Source of the DNA: an uncultured Oligoflexales bacterium
GTDB lineage: Bacteria > Bdellovibrionota_B > Oligoflexia > Oligoflexales > CAZZCU01
NCBI GenBank assembly: GCA_964652825.1
Contig: CAZZCU010000002.1
Coordinates: 149,070 to 213,069, forward strand
Reading direction: 5' to 3'
Length of the DNA: 64,000 bases
Shown: piece by piece, positions 1 through 9,957 of the stretch
Numbering within the stretch: position 1 is the stretch's first letter
Layout: every line of letters starts with the position of its first letter
The notes under the pieces: model-generated
Told to the model about the DNA's origin: nothing
Seen by the model: the letters and a program-made list of their open reading frames with translations, nothing else
Databases searched by the model: none
Position numbers and translations under genes: made by a program

Positions 1-434
1 CGCATTATTACCGCTACACCGACAATCAGCAGACAGCCGAAAAAATTCTCTTAACGGCGCTGCGCGATACGCCGCGACATCTGGGTCTGATCTTCGCGCT
101 GTCGGATTTATACATGAGCAACGCCATGCCCATGATGGCGTTTCGCCTGCTCAATGGCGCTAAAACCGCCTACGGCAGCTGCAGTGCTATCCTGGTCGAT
201 CTCGTGCAAAGCTCACTCATGCTACAAAGACTCGACGAAGCGATTAAGCTGCTGATTGACTTGCACGGCAAACAATATATGCCACAGAACACCGCGCATA
301 TTTTAATCCGTCTGCTGTATTCCGAAGGCCGTCATTCCGAGATCAACAAATACGTGACGCGCGCCAGCATTATGAACAAGCTCGAAACGAGCTGGAATAC
401 CGAAAGCGCTCCGGTCATCAACGCCGCAAGTTAA
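1..434 (+). CDS. TPR-like helical-repeat protein, C-terminal part (5' end lies upstream of the window)
   Basis: Frame 3 is open from base 3 (HYYRYTDNQQTAEKILLTALRDTPRHLG...) to TAA 432-434. The sequence looks like helical repeats. It lies 22 nt upstream of an ExeA/MshM-like ATPase, a pairing known from MshM/MshN-type genes. Confidence 0.5.
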   Translation, partial: HYYRYTDNQQTAEKILLTALRDTPRHLGLIFALSDLYMSNAMPMMAFRLLNGAKTAYGSCSAILVDLVQSSLMLQRLDEAIKLLIDLHGKQYMPQNTAHILIRLLYSEGRHSEINKYVTRASIMNKLETSWNTESAPVINAAS

Positions 435-456
435 ATAGCGAATAGAGGATACCAAG

Positions 457-1647
457 ATGGCAAATCAATCGGCAGCCGCATCGACGGCTAATCCAGCGCG
501 GACCCCGACCACGCATGCGAACGCCTATCAGCCGGCCTTCACTCGTCCCGACACGCTGCAGGAAATTTTTGTCAACGATACCTGGACCAATCTTTTGCGC
601 CGCACCGAGATTGCTTGCGCGCAAATGCAACCTCTGGTGGTAATCACCGGCGAAGCCGGTACCGGTAAAAGTACGATGGCGCGTTGGCTCTATGAGACGC
701 TACCGCTTAATAACCATGAAGTCATGATGATCTCCCTCATCGGTCGAGAAATACAGACCGGTTGGCTCGTGCCGAAGATCGCTAAATTTTTAGGTGTCAC
801 CACCTTGAATACCAATGCCAACGACACTCTCACGCAAACTCTCGAAAAACTCGAAGAGCTCATCCAGGAAAAACGCAGCCTGACCGTCCTGATCGACGCC
901 GCTGATAAACTCATGACCGCCGAGGCGTTCGGAGAAATCGAAGCACTGCTGAATCTGCAGAGTCTTGCCGGGCGTTGTCTGACGTTTATTCTCATCGGTA
1001 CTAAAACTCTATTGACGCAATTACAAAATGCTAATTCGCTGTCCACTCATCTCAGCCTCAATTGCGATATCGGTGTGCTGAGCCGCAAGGACAGCCGCGA
1101 ATATATTTCCTCACGTTTGCGCCTGGCTGGCGCTAACATCGCCAAAGAAGTCACCCCCGAGGCATTGGACGCCGTCCATAACTTAAGCAAAGGGGTGATT
1201 GCCCGCGTCAACAGCTTGATGGAAAATTGTCTGGTCGAAGCCGCCATCGGCAAACGCGAGATCATTGACGGACCTTTTGTTTATGCAACCGTAAAGCAGG
1301 CATTGGCCGGCGTCGAACTGGGCGCGACTCAGACCGCCGCCGTCGCGGAAAAAACCAAGCAACCAAACGTAAAAAGCCCGAGCGACAGCGCAAGCAAAAC
1401 GCAACCTCGTGCCAAACGTACCGCCAAAGACAAAACCCCTGGCAAAACCAACAAAAAGAAAACAGCACCGCGCGCCGCCGGCAATACCAAAGCCAGCGCG
1501 ACGCCGCCAGCGGCGACAGGCAGTAGCGCGCCGGCTTTAGCCACGAACCCCTCCACCAAGCCGGCGATCGCGAAAACCACGGCACCCGGCACGGCTGGCA
1601 AAAAACCGAAAATTGCGCTCACAGACTTGTTTAATGATGATGAGTGA
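457..1647 (+). CDS. ExeA/GspA/MshM-like AAA ATPase with a basic low-complexity C-terminal tail
   Basis: Walker A GEAGTGKST and Walker B-like LTVLIDAADKL, with overall AAA_22/ExeA layout. RBS AGAGGA lies 7 nt before ATG 457. The last ~105 aa (nt ~1330-1644) are K/P/A/T-rich. Confidence 0.75.
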   Translation: MANQSAAASTANPARTPTTHANAYQPAFTRPDTLQEIFVNDTWTNLLRRTEIACAQMQPLVVITGEAGTGKSTMARWLYETLPLNNHEVMMISLIGREIQTGWLVPKIAKFLGVTTLNTNANDTLTQTLEKLEELIQEKRSLTVLIDAADKLMTAEAFGEIEALLNLQSLAGRCLTFILIGTKTLLTQLQNANSLSTHLSLNCDIGVLSRKDSREYISSRLRLAGANIAKEVTPEALDAVHNLSKGVIARVNSLMENCLVEAAIGKREIIDGPFVYATVKQALAGVELGATQTAAVAEKTKQPNVKSPSDSASKTQPRAKRTAKDKTPGKTNKKKTAPRAAGNTKASATPPAATGSSAPALATNPSTKPAIAKTTAPGTAGKKPKIALTDLFNDDE

Positions 1648-1656
1648 TAAGTATCA

Positions 1657-1684
1657 GTGAGCCAGACACGGCTCATTGTTTTTT
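1657..1684 (+). terminator. Weak rho-independent terminator candidate after the ExeA-like gene
   Basis: Stem TGAGCC (1658-1663) pairs with GGCTCA (1670-1675), with loop AGACAC, followed by TTGTTTTTT (1676-1684). The stem is only 6-7 bp. Confidence 0.4.
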
Positions 1685-1703
1685 GGAGGCAAAACGCTAA
1701 CCT

Positions 1704-4700
1704 ATGCGCACCGGTCTTAGACGATTAACGATCGTTGGCATCGTCGTTGGCGTGGTGCTCTATATCGGCAATCTGGTTATCGACAATCCCTACTCGCACC
1801 GACTCACCCGTGCGTTTATCAACGCCGAAATGCGCAAACACACAAATCTGACCGTGGACTTCGAGGCACTCAAAGTTCGTCTGGCACCGCCCGGCGTGGA
1901 ATTATATGCGGCGGCGATCGTACCAACCGAGCGTCCGGAACGCCCGTTGGTAAAAGCCTCGCACATCCGCGCCCGCCTGTCGCTCATTGATCTGGCGCTG
2001 GGCAATCTGAAAATGAATGTCGAACTTACCGATGCCGAGACCGCCTGGCCGCTGTCGGTGGATCCCGCGACGCTGTTGAAGGAACCCAAAGAAGCCGCAC
2101 CGGCAACAGCAACCACCTGGCCGCCGAACTTTGATCTGCCGATCAGTCGCCTGGTCATGAACAACGCCCGCTTGTCGCTGGCCGTGCCCGACCAAGATGT
2201 CGCGACACCAACACCCGATACCGATTTGCTGCACGTCGTCGCGACCGGCTTTGATCTGGATTGGCAGATTGATGATTGGGATGACATGGCGCTACGCACC
2301 CGCATCACCGCGTTAGACATAAGCCTGCCGAGCGAAGACATGCAGATTTTTCGCGACGCCATCGTCGAGCTTAGCGCGGTGGTCAACAGCCAGGGCTTGC
2401 ATAGCCGTCGCTTACGTATCTTCCTGCCGAATCTGGAAGTCGGCGGCAATTTATCCGCGCAACTGGTTACGGAAGGTCGCCAACGCCAACTCCAGAGAGT
2501 TCAACTGAAGTCGGAAATACATGCGCTCGGCGATCTGAGTGTGTTAGGCGATATTCTTGATATTGAAGACACCAAAGGCAAAACCAATGCCGATGCAACC
2601 ATCACTCTTGAAATTCCGATTCACGATACAGGTGAGCCGGTGTTTCTGGTGGAAGGCAAAGCCAGCGTCGAAGACGCTTATCTGGATAACTTCAGCCTGG
2701 GCAACAGCAATGCCAAGTTTCGTATCGATACTGACAAGCTGGACTTCACCGAAATCAATGCCGTTGTCGGTCAGCAATTAGTCGGCAAGGCCAAAGGTCG
2801 TATCGCTTTCAATCAGGCGGCTGACTATCACTTTGAAGGTTCTTTGGAAAAGCTACCGCTGTCGCAGCTACTCAAAGCCCTGACGGTGGACTTTGATGAT
2901 ATTGATGGCGATCTGGGCACACCGGATCTGGTGATTAAAGGTACGGGCGAGCCGTTCCTGCTTGACGCCACGGCAACCACACAACTTGAGCATATACGTT
3001 CCCCGCTGGTTGTCGAGCGGGCGACCAAATACAAACGCGGCCCCGCTTGTCGCCTGCCGTTGAAGTTGCGCGCCAACAATAAGCGTCTGACGCTGTTTGA
3101 GATGCAGGGACAATGCTTTCATTGGCCGGAGGCTAACACGCCTGCCGTGCCCAGCGCCGGCGATGTCAACGCGCCCGCCGGCGCACTGATGGTTTCCCCC
3201 CTCGCCGCTGAGGGCGTCTTTCATTTTAACGAACGCGAAGGCATGCGACTGGAGCTAAAAAGTCCGGCACTAAACTTGGGGCTAACGCAGTTTTTTACGC
3301 AATTACCGGCCAAAGGCAGCAGTGAGTTGCAGATTATCGTGCAGGGAGCCTACGACAAAGTTGTGACCGCCATCGACGCCAAAGCACACGATGTGCATTT
3401 CGCGGGCGCGCCGCTCGACGCCGTACAGATTAAAACCAATGTCACACCACAGAAAATCCGCTGGTCAAATATCGAAGCCAAGGTTGGCAGTCACGGCATG
3501 ATACGTTCCGAAGGCGGTGAGCTTGATATCGATAATCTGCACATAGTCACCACACTGCTGGTAACTGAGATACCCAGCACCTTCATCCACGAGATCTTGA
3601 AAACCAGCGCTGATCTCACGCACTTTGACTTTGGCATCGAACACCTGCAGGCCGACGTGCGCGGCCCGCTGCTTTACCCTTTACGACTACTGGGCGAAGC
3701 CAATATCAGTCTGAATGCGGGTCGCTATGAAGATCAGAAAATCTTTGATCGACTTGCCTGGATGATGCGACGAAGCACCGACAAAGGTTGGAACATCGAT
3801 AATCTGCGGCTGGTAAACGGTGATCTCGGCATTACCGGCAATATCGCCCACGAGCCCAATTCGGCACCGGTCAGCGGACAGGTGACACCATTTACCCGCC
3901 TGATGATGGACTTAGGTCTACAAGGTTCCGATAAGATCGATGTTGATTTGAGTATGCTTACCGCCACCCGACCGGATATCGACAACGGCGGCATACGCTC
4001 ACGCGTCGCCGCTCTGCCGCCCAATCACCTAGCCAGTATTCCTTATGCCGCACCCTATTTTGCCATGCTGGGTATGCGCGGCGAGATCACCGGCAGTGCC
4101 AAGCTCACCGGTAACTTCAATCGCCTTCAGGGCTCGTTTCAGTTGGCAGTCAGCAAAATCTCAATACTCGACAGCCCCATGGCGCCGTTTCATTTTCGCG
4201 GCTTTGCCGATGGCTCCAAGCTCGATCTCATGGTCAGTCACAGCGGTGATGCACTTCAAGGCCGACTGGCGCTGGATTTTCTCGATCCGCAGTTGCCGTA
4301 CGAATGGTACTTACATGCTAAACGCTTTGATGCGCGACCGCTCGGCACCAAGTTTTTTTACTCTGATCCGCGCAACTATGCCTACCTGACCGCAAGCTGG
4401 GAGATGAAAGGTCGCTTCAGCCAATGGTGGCAATCGATCGGCAATGCGGCGATTGATGATCTGCGCGTTAAATTTATCCGCGACAGCGGCCAGAATGCAC
4501 GTGCCCTGGATCTCAATCTCGATCAGCCAATTCGTTTTACCTTCAATGCCAGCGGCTGGAATATTGATGATCAAAAAGATTTATTGCTCACCGGCAATAA
4601 CCTGCGCCTGCGACTAGCTACCAAGAATAATCGACCGCCGCAGAATTTTGGGCTCATGTTTGATGGCTTTATGGATATTCATATTCTCAAGGACATCTGG

Positions 4701-6026
4701 GATCAGATTGAATCAGCGACCGGCCAGATGCGTTTCAATGGTGAAATCGCCGGCTCGGTGTCGACACCGAAAATCAACGTTCGTTTCAGCGATGTCGAAC
4801 AAACCACGCTTAACGCCGCCACCTGGGAACCTCTGACCTTGGGCATGGCCGACATCAGACCACCGTTTCGCAACATCAAAGTCAATGCGGAGTACCAGGA
4901 AGGCCAACTGTTAATACGGTCTTTGCACGCCGAAAAGGGCGTCGGGACTGTGGCGATCGACGGCGTTTTAAACCTCGACCCCCAGACCAAACAGCAAACC
5001 CTGCTTAACATTCGCGCGAACAACGCCACAATCATCTATCCGGTAGCCGTCTTGAAGAGCTTTGACACCAATATTGATGCGAACCTAACGCTGTCGGGAA
5101 CCAGCCTGCCATTGCGGCTTGCCGGCGACGTTGGGATCGCGCGCGCGCGCTCTTTCCGTGATTTCGATATCCGGAACGAAATCGTCGACACGCTCCGCAA
5201 GCGAACGATGGTGGCGGAGCCAAATCTGCGAGAACCTTTCATCAATCTTGATCTGGGCGTACGGGCGAACAACTCAGTGGCGATCAGCAATCGCAATCTG
5301 CAAGCCATCCTCAGTGGCGATCTGCAAATCACCGGCAACGATGTCAATCCGGTGGTGAGCGGTCAAATCGAGGTCACGCGCGGTAAATTTGAGTATAAGC
5401 GCGAGTTTCGCATTGAGCAGGCGGTGATTTCCTTTGATGACCCGGTGCGTCCCGACCCGCGCCTGAACATCGTCGGCGTGAGTGAGGTCAGCAGCTACCG
5501 GATCTACGTGAATATCACCGGCAAAGCCTCGGATCCGCGCGTGGACCTGACCATCGACCCGCCGACGCGCGACGGTGGCACACCGATCAGCAAGGTAGAC
5601 ATCTTGGTACTCTTGTCCTCTGGGACTTTACCGGCAAGCGGCAATCAATTTGGCGAATCGCAGGCAGCGGCGACCACGGAGGCGTTGAATATCGTCGCCG
5701 GGCAGTTTGAAGAGCCGGTGGAGAAGCTTTTTGACCTGTCCGGACAAAAAGTTGTTCGTCAAGTTTATATCGACACCACTTCTGACGTTGATGGCAAACC
5801 CGTTCCACGGTTTAATATGCCATTGAACCTAGGTGAAGATGTTAATGTTGTCTTGCGAGTTGTGGATCAGAACAAATGGCGCGTGTCTTCGGAATATTCA
5901 CTCCATGAGAGTATTTCTTTGTCTGGCAACCTGGATGGTCAGGACAATAGCGGTTCTTCGACCAACCGTAATACGGCGCCGGCCGATACCGGCGTCGATC
6001 TTAAGTTCCGCTTTGCCTACCCGTAG
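1704..6026 (+). CDS. tamB: TamB-like translocation and assembly module protein (AsmA-like, DUF490-type C-terminus)
   Basis: 1440 aa. N-terminal membrane anchor LTIVGIVVGVVLYIGNLVI, a long beta-rich body, and a C-terminal ...LSGDLQITGNDVNPVVSGQIEVTRGKFEYKREFRIEQAVISFDD... typical of TamB. RBS GGAGG at 1686-1690. Adjacent to an Omp85 gene. Confidence 0.8.
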   Translation: MRTGLRRLTIVGIVVGVVLYIGNLVIDNPYSHRLTRAFINAEMRKHTNLTVDFEALKVRLAPPGVELYAAAIVPTERPERPLVKASHIRARLSLIDLALGNLKMNVELTDAETAWPLSVDPATLLKEPKEAAPATATTWPPNFDLPISRLVMNNARLSLAVPDQDVATPTPDTDLLHVVATGFDLDWQIDDWDDMALRTRITALDISLPSEDMQIFRDAIVELSAVVNSQGLHSRRLRIFLPNLEVGGNLSAQLVTEGRQRQLQRVQLKSEIHALGDLSVLGDILDIEDTKGKTNADATITLEIPIHDTGEPVFLVEGKASVEDAYLDNFSLGNSNAKFRIDTDKLDFTEINAVVGQQLVGKAKGRIAFNQAADYHFEGSLEKLPLSQLLKALTVDFDDIDGDLGTPDLVIKGTGEPFLLDATATTQLEHIRSPLVVERATKYKRGPACRLPLKLRANNKRLTLFEMQGQCFHWPEANTPAVPSAGDVNAPAGALMVSPLAAEGVFHFNEREGMRLELKSPALNLGLTQFFTQLPAKGSSELQIIVQGAYDKVVTAIDAKAHDVHFAGAPLDAVQIKTNVTPQKIRWSNIEAKVGSHGMIRSEGGELDIDNLHIVTTLLVTEIPSTFIHEILKTSADLTHFDFGIEHLQADVRGPLLYPLRLLGEANISLNAGRYEDQKIFDRLAWMMRRSTDKGWNIDNLRLVNGDLGITGNIAHEPNSAPVSGQVTPFTRLMMDLGLQGSDKIDVDLSMLTATRPDIDNGGIRSRVAALPPNHLASIPYAAPYFAMLGMRGEITGSAKLTGNFNRLQGSFQLAVSKISILDSPMAPFHFRGFADGSKLDLMVSHSGDALQGRLALDFLDPQLPYEWYLHAKRFDARPLGTKFFYSDPRNYAYLTASWEMKGRFSQWWQSIGNAAIDDLRVKFIRDSGQNARALDLNLDQPIRFTFNASGWNIDDQKDLLLTGNNLRLRLATKNNRPPQNFGLMFDGFMDIHILKDIWDQIESATGQMRFNGEIAGSVSTPKINVRFSDVEQTTLNAATWEPLTLGMADIRPPFRNIKVNAEYQEGQLLIRSLHAEKGVGTVAIDGVLNLDPQTKQQTLLNIRANNATIIYPVAVLKSFDTNIDANLTLSGTSLPLRLAGDVGIARARSFRDFDIRNEIVDTLRKRTMVAEPNLREPFINLDLGVRANNSVAISNRNLQAILSGDLQITGNDVNPVVSGQIEVTRGKFEYKREFRIEQAVISFDDPVRPDPRLNIVGVSEVSSYRIYVNITGKASDPRVDLTIDPPTRDGGTPISKVDILVLLSSGTLPASGNQFGESQAAATTEALNIVAGQFEEPVEKLFDLSGQKVVRQVYIDTTSDVDGKPVPRFNMPLNLGEDVNVVLRVVDQNKWRVSSEYSLHESISLSGNLDGQDNSGSSTNRNTAPADTGVDLKFRFAYP

Positions 6027-8901
6027 AATTCTCATTTGCATCTTTAGTCTTGTATGGCTCGCCTGCCTGCCAACGTTGGCTTACAGCGCATCGTGGAAGA
6101 TCGATGACGGCTTGCTCTCGGCCGCTAATCTTGATCGCCTGCAACAACGTTATCCCGATATTAAAGATCCACAGGATTTACAAAGTTTATTGCGTGACAT
6201 CGGTCGCCTGGGCTCATTGGCTTCACTACAGGCGATCTGGAAGAATAATAGTTGGCATATCGTCGGTCTCAGCGCTCCGATTATCAGTGATATCGATTTC
6301 AAACTCACGACCCGACTGCTGCGTTCGCAATTAGAACTATTGTTTCAATCCTACATCACGCAAGTCGACTCGGAAGAGCTGCGCCAAAAACTTATCGGCG
6401 ATGTTAAGGAACTCTATGCCCGCCATGGCTTCCCGCAGGCAAAAGTGACGCTTGAAGCCACCGATACCAGCGCCGGACGTGATCTGAAAGTCATTGTGGA
6501 TGAGGACTATCCGTGCCTGATCTCGGATGTACAGATCAATTTTCGCCTGCCAACCACCGCGCGTATTAAGGTCAAGGTCGGTGATATCTGTGATAGCGAA
6601 GCCGCCAACGCCGCCGTCCAGACTTTGGAAGAACAGCTGATCAAACTTGGTTATAATCAGGTCCGTTTATATAAACCCGAATTTTTATATTCGGCGCCGT
6701 CAAATTCCGCCGTTTTGAATATCACCGGCGAGCTTAATCAACGTCTGAAATACGAAATCATTGATACCGAGCGACGGTTCTTCCTGGCTGATTTGTTTTC
6801 CAGCGATGAGCTGAAGGCCATCGATCCGACAATTGTTGGTCCAGACGCCATGTCCGCCGAGCTATCACGTCGCTACCGTAACTTCGGCTTTGATGATGTT
6901 GTCGTGCAAAACCCGGAAAGCCGGGTCGAAGACCAGGATCTGATCGTCTATACTTATCGCGTCACTCCGGGTCCGCAGTATATTATCTCCGGCATCGATT
7001 TTGAGGGCGCGACCGTCTTCACTCAGGCGGAGTTACTGGACACCTTGGGTTTAAGCGGTTTCTGGCAAACCTCCATACCTTTGAATCTTGATGAACTGCG
7101 TAACGGCATCGCCCGCATCAAACAACGCTACAACCAGGCGGGTTATTGGGACGCGGTTGTACGTGATCCGCGCCTCACCAAAAACCGCGAAAATGCCTCG
7201 GTGCAAATCGTCATCTCGATCAACGAAGGACCGGAGCGAACGTTAGCCGGTTTGCGTATAACTGGTAACCAGGCCCTGACTACAGAAGAAATCCGCAAAA
7301 TGCTTGAGGTCGATGATGATAAGCCGCTTGATCGCACCGATCTGGTGAACTTCGAGCAACGCCTGCGCGAAGCGTATGTCAATCGCGGCTACTTATATGC
7401 AACAACACAACTCGAACTCCTGGTCGAGGCACTGCCACGACGCCTGCCGACGATGGTCAATCTGATTATTCAGGAAGGCCCGCGGGTCAAAATCGGCGAA
7501 ATCACGATCAACGGCCTGATTCATACGCAACCAAAAATCGTCAGTCGCGAACTGACGTTTGCCGCCGGTGACTGGTACAATCCAGAAAACCTCGAACAAT
7601 CGCGACGCAATCTGATTAACCTCGGCTTGTTCCGCACCGTCCAAATCCTGCCGTCGGATCGCAATGCGGTCAGTGAAAAATTTGAGTATCTGGATATCAC
7701 CGTCGATGTACGCGAGGCGAAACCAGGTACCGTCACCTTCGGACCAGGTTGGAGTTTGACGAAAGGTTCGCGGTTTGCCATCGAATCGACATATAGCAAC
7801 ATCGGTGGTTACGGTCGCCAGGTGTACGGACGAATTGGCGTCAGTGAAGAGAGTAATCAGGATGCAATCGGGGATAAAACTCTGGTCGGCCGCTCGTTTT
7901 CGCTGGGCTATCTGGAACCATATGTTTTCAATCTGCCGTTCAACGGCACGGTGACTTTGAATCACACGGCGCGGGCGGATTTGTTCTGGACGCTGACTCG
8001 CGGCGGCGAAGTAGCGTTGACGCATAAATTCCGTAAGTGGTTGCACAATGCATCGTTAACAACTTTCTACGGTCAGAAAGTCGTGCAGGAAGTCGGACGA
8101 CCACAGCAAAAAGCTGCGTTCTTGTCGGAAGATTTGCGCATCGGTTTGACGGGTCTGCGCTTTAATCAGGATTTTCGTGATGATCTGATCTGGCCAACGC
8201 ATGGCTTTATCATCAATTCAGAATTAAGTTGGGCGCGCTTTGAGCTCGGCGGTGACGTCAAGTATTTCTTCTGGGAATTCATCGGTACGCGCTATCTGAA
8301 AATGACCCGCGATACCGTTCTCGCGCTGGGAGTTTCGCTCGCAGCGTATCAGGGCGTTGATCGACGGGGGGCCACCGAGGATATTTTGCCGCATTCAGAA
8401 CGTCTTCATGCCGGTGGCGCCGACACCGTGCGCGGTTACAAAGAACGCGCACTCGGTCCCTACACCTTGTTTGACGACACCGACAATAAAGATTCCGAGT
8501 TCGGTGGCTCGCACCGCGGTGTTTTCAAAGTCGAACTTCGCTACCAGATTGTGCGCGACACACTGGCGGTGGCGACATTTATCGACAGCGGTAACGTCTT
8601 TTTCACCGATGGCGAACTAGCACATTTTGAACGTTTTCCGGGCGGCGAAATTGTTGATAACCAGCCATATGATTTTCTTGATCTGGTACGTGACCCCAAA
8701 GTCCTGTGGACTAAAAACTATCAGTCCTATGGCCTGTCGTTAAATTACTTGACGCCGCTAGGTTCGGTTAATCTTGCTTACGGTTTGCCCTGGGATCGTT
8801 GTGCGGATGGCGGTCGCAACTGTCGCCAAGCCCGCGGTAAAACCGGATCAGCCTGGTATGCGAATGGTGAGTTTCATATCAATGTCGGCGCAGTGTTCTG
8901 A
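6013..8901 (+). CDS. Omp85-family outer-membrane protein (BamA/TamA-like) with a long POTRA region
   Basis: The signal peptide RRILICIFSLVWLACLPTLAYS|ASW begins at TTG 6013; the track start 5833 lies inside tamB. About 540 aa of POTRA-like repeats follow. The C-terminal barrel carries ERLHAGGADTVRGY and ends ...HINVGAVF. Confidence 0.85.
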   Translation: MPTRRILICIFSLVWLACLPTLAYSASWKIDDGLLSAANLDRLQQRYPDIKDPQDLQSLLRDIGRLGSLASLQAIWKNNSWHIVGLSAPIISDIDFKLTTRLLRSQLELLFQSYITQVDSEELRQKLIGDVKELYARHGFPQAKVTLEATDTSAGRDLKVIVDEDYPCLISDVQINFRLPTTARIKVKVGDICDSEAANAAVQTLEEQLIKLGYNQVRLYKPEFLYSAPSNSAVLNITGELNQRLKYEIIDTERRFFLADLFSSDELKAIDPTIVGPDAMSAELSRRYRNFGFDDVVVQNPESRVEDQDLIVYTYRVTPGPQYIISGIDFEGATVFTQAELLDTLGLSGFWQTSIPLNLDELRNGIARIKQRYNQAGYWDAVVRDPRLTKNRENASVQIVISINEGPERTLAGLRITGNQALTTEEIRKMLEVDDDKPLDRTDLVNFEQRLREAYVNRGYLYATTQLELLVEALPRRLPTMVNLIIQEGPRVKIGEITINGLIHTQPKIVSRELTFAAGDWYNPENLEQSRRNLINLGLFRTVQILPSDRNAVSEKFEYLDITVDVREAKPGTVTFGPGWSLTKGSRFAIESTYSNIGGYGRQVYGRIGVSEESNQDAIGDKTLVGRSFSLGYLEPYVFNLPFNGTVTLNHTARADLFWTLTRGGEVALTHKFRKWLHNASLTTFYGQKVVQEVGRPQQKAAFLSEDLRIGLTGLRFNQDFRDDLIWPTHGFIINSELSWARFELGGDVKYFFWEFIGTRYLKMTRDTVLALGVSLAAYQGVDRRGATEDILPHSERLHAGGADTVRGYKERALGPYTLFDDTDNKDSEFGGSHRGVFKVELRYQIVRDTLAVATFIDSGNVFFTDGELAHFERFPGGEIVDNQPYDFLDLVRDPKVLWTKNYQSYGLSLNYLTPLGSVNLAYGLPWDRCADGGRNCRQARGKTGSAWYANGEFHINVGAVF

Positions 8902-8904
8902 GTT

Positions 8905-9876
8905 TCACCATTTTTCCCAGACATAGGCCGAGGCATTTAAATAATCATCAGCGGCACTGGCAACCACCCACAGCCGATCGTTATCGTCGACATACAAATT
9001 GCTGAGTGATTTGATCTTTGCCGGAATCGTTAAAGTTTCGGCACGTGTGACATCAAAGCAGGATTTAAATTTAAATAATAAAATACGCTGTCTGGCTTTA
9101 TCGCCGATCAGCAGCAAATTGCGTTTCTTGCTATAAGCAACGCCGCTTACCGCCGTGGGTGACAAATCATGCACTGACAGCACATTGCACGCCCGCTCCA
9201 GATAACATAATGAACCATCGTCGCCGCCACAGTGCATCATCGTCACCGGGAAACCAGCGATTTTTGTCGCCACCAGATATTTGACGGCATTTTTGTTTTT
9301 CGCATCGAAAAGCGTCAGGCCGCTGAGCTTAATATCACCCGCCTTCTGATAAGCACGGCGAAAACGCCCGCGCAACTGCTCGGTTTCCACGCGCGTCGGT
9401 TCGCCTTTGACATCCGCCGGCGGCTTGATCAAATCCCAGGCAATGGAACGACGCGCCACCAGACCAAAATCTTTCGTATTCAAATTCATTAATCGCAAAC
9501 CACGCCCATCCAGAAGCATGATGCGGCCAGCGTGATGGGCAATTCCCTGCCACATCGTTAACGGCGGCTGATTGACAAGATTATGACGATTACTGGCGAT
9601 GATCGCGCCAAAACTTTCCTCGCGTGTGGCTTTAAGACCATGGAACGGCGTTACGATCACATGCGCGCGATCCGAGACCACGAAGAACAATTGACTGCTG
9701 TCACTGGTGATACCGGAAATCGCGATATCCGGTGTTTCAAAGCTACGCGCCTCGATCGGAAAGAGCAGCTCACCTTTACTTGTTTTCTTGCCAGCAGCAG
9801 TTGTCTGTGCCGACGCAAGATTGGTAACTCCAACAAAAAAAGCTACCGATAAAAGTAATATCAAAACTTTACCCAA
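8905..9876 (-). CDS. Secreted hypothetical protein (possible beta-propeller)
   Basis: Signal peptide MGKVLILLLSVAFFVGVTNLASA|Q and beta-rich sequence. I recognise no motif. Confidence 0.5.
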   Translation of the reverse strand: MGKVLILLLSVAFFVGVTNLASAQTTAAGKKTSKGELLFPIEARSFETPDIAISGITSDSSQLFFVVSDRAHVIVTPFHGLKATREESFGAIIASNRHNLVNQPPLTMWQGIAHHAGRIMLLDGRGLRLMNLNTKDFGLVARRSIAWDLIKPPADVKGEPTRVETEQLRGRFRRAYQKAGDIKLSGLTLFDAKNKNAVKYLVATKIAGFPVTMMHCGGDDGSLCYLERACNVLSVHDLSPTAVSGVAYSKKRNLLLIGDKARQRILLFKFKSCFDVTRAETLTIPAKIKSLSNLYVDDNDRLWVVASAADDYLNASAYVWEKW

Positions 9877-9920
9877 CCTTTACCTCTTCGTGCTGATCCC
9901 CAATTGTGAATACGAGTTTA

Positions 9921-9929
9921 TGTTAGAAT
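9921..9929 (+). promoter_or_regulatory. Extended -10 promoter candidate (TGTTAGAAT) for the 869-aa gene
   Basis: TGnTAGAAT at 9921-9929, 29 nt upstream of ATG 9958. RBS AAGGGG at 9943-9948. Confidence 0.3.
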
Positions 9930-9957
9930 AGATAACACGAGCAAGGGGTACCAGCAC

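Noticed and set aside
5833-6012. N-terminal 60 codons of the track ORF 5833-8901
   Set aside because: This stretch overlaps the conserved C-terminus of tamB in another frame. The only signal peptide begins at TTG 6013, so the Omp85 gene was shortened.
7393-8046. A 217-aa minus-strand ORF. Similar long antisense ORFs occur at 1790-2449, 33000-33620, 51232-51795 and 57749-58375.
   Set aside because: All of them lie entirely inside strongly supported genes (Omp85, tamB, recD2, ligA, MBL hydrolase) on the opposite strand. They have no motifs or RBS and are typical shadow ORFs of moderately GC-rich DNA.
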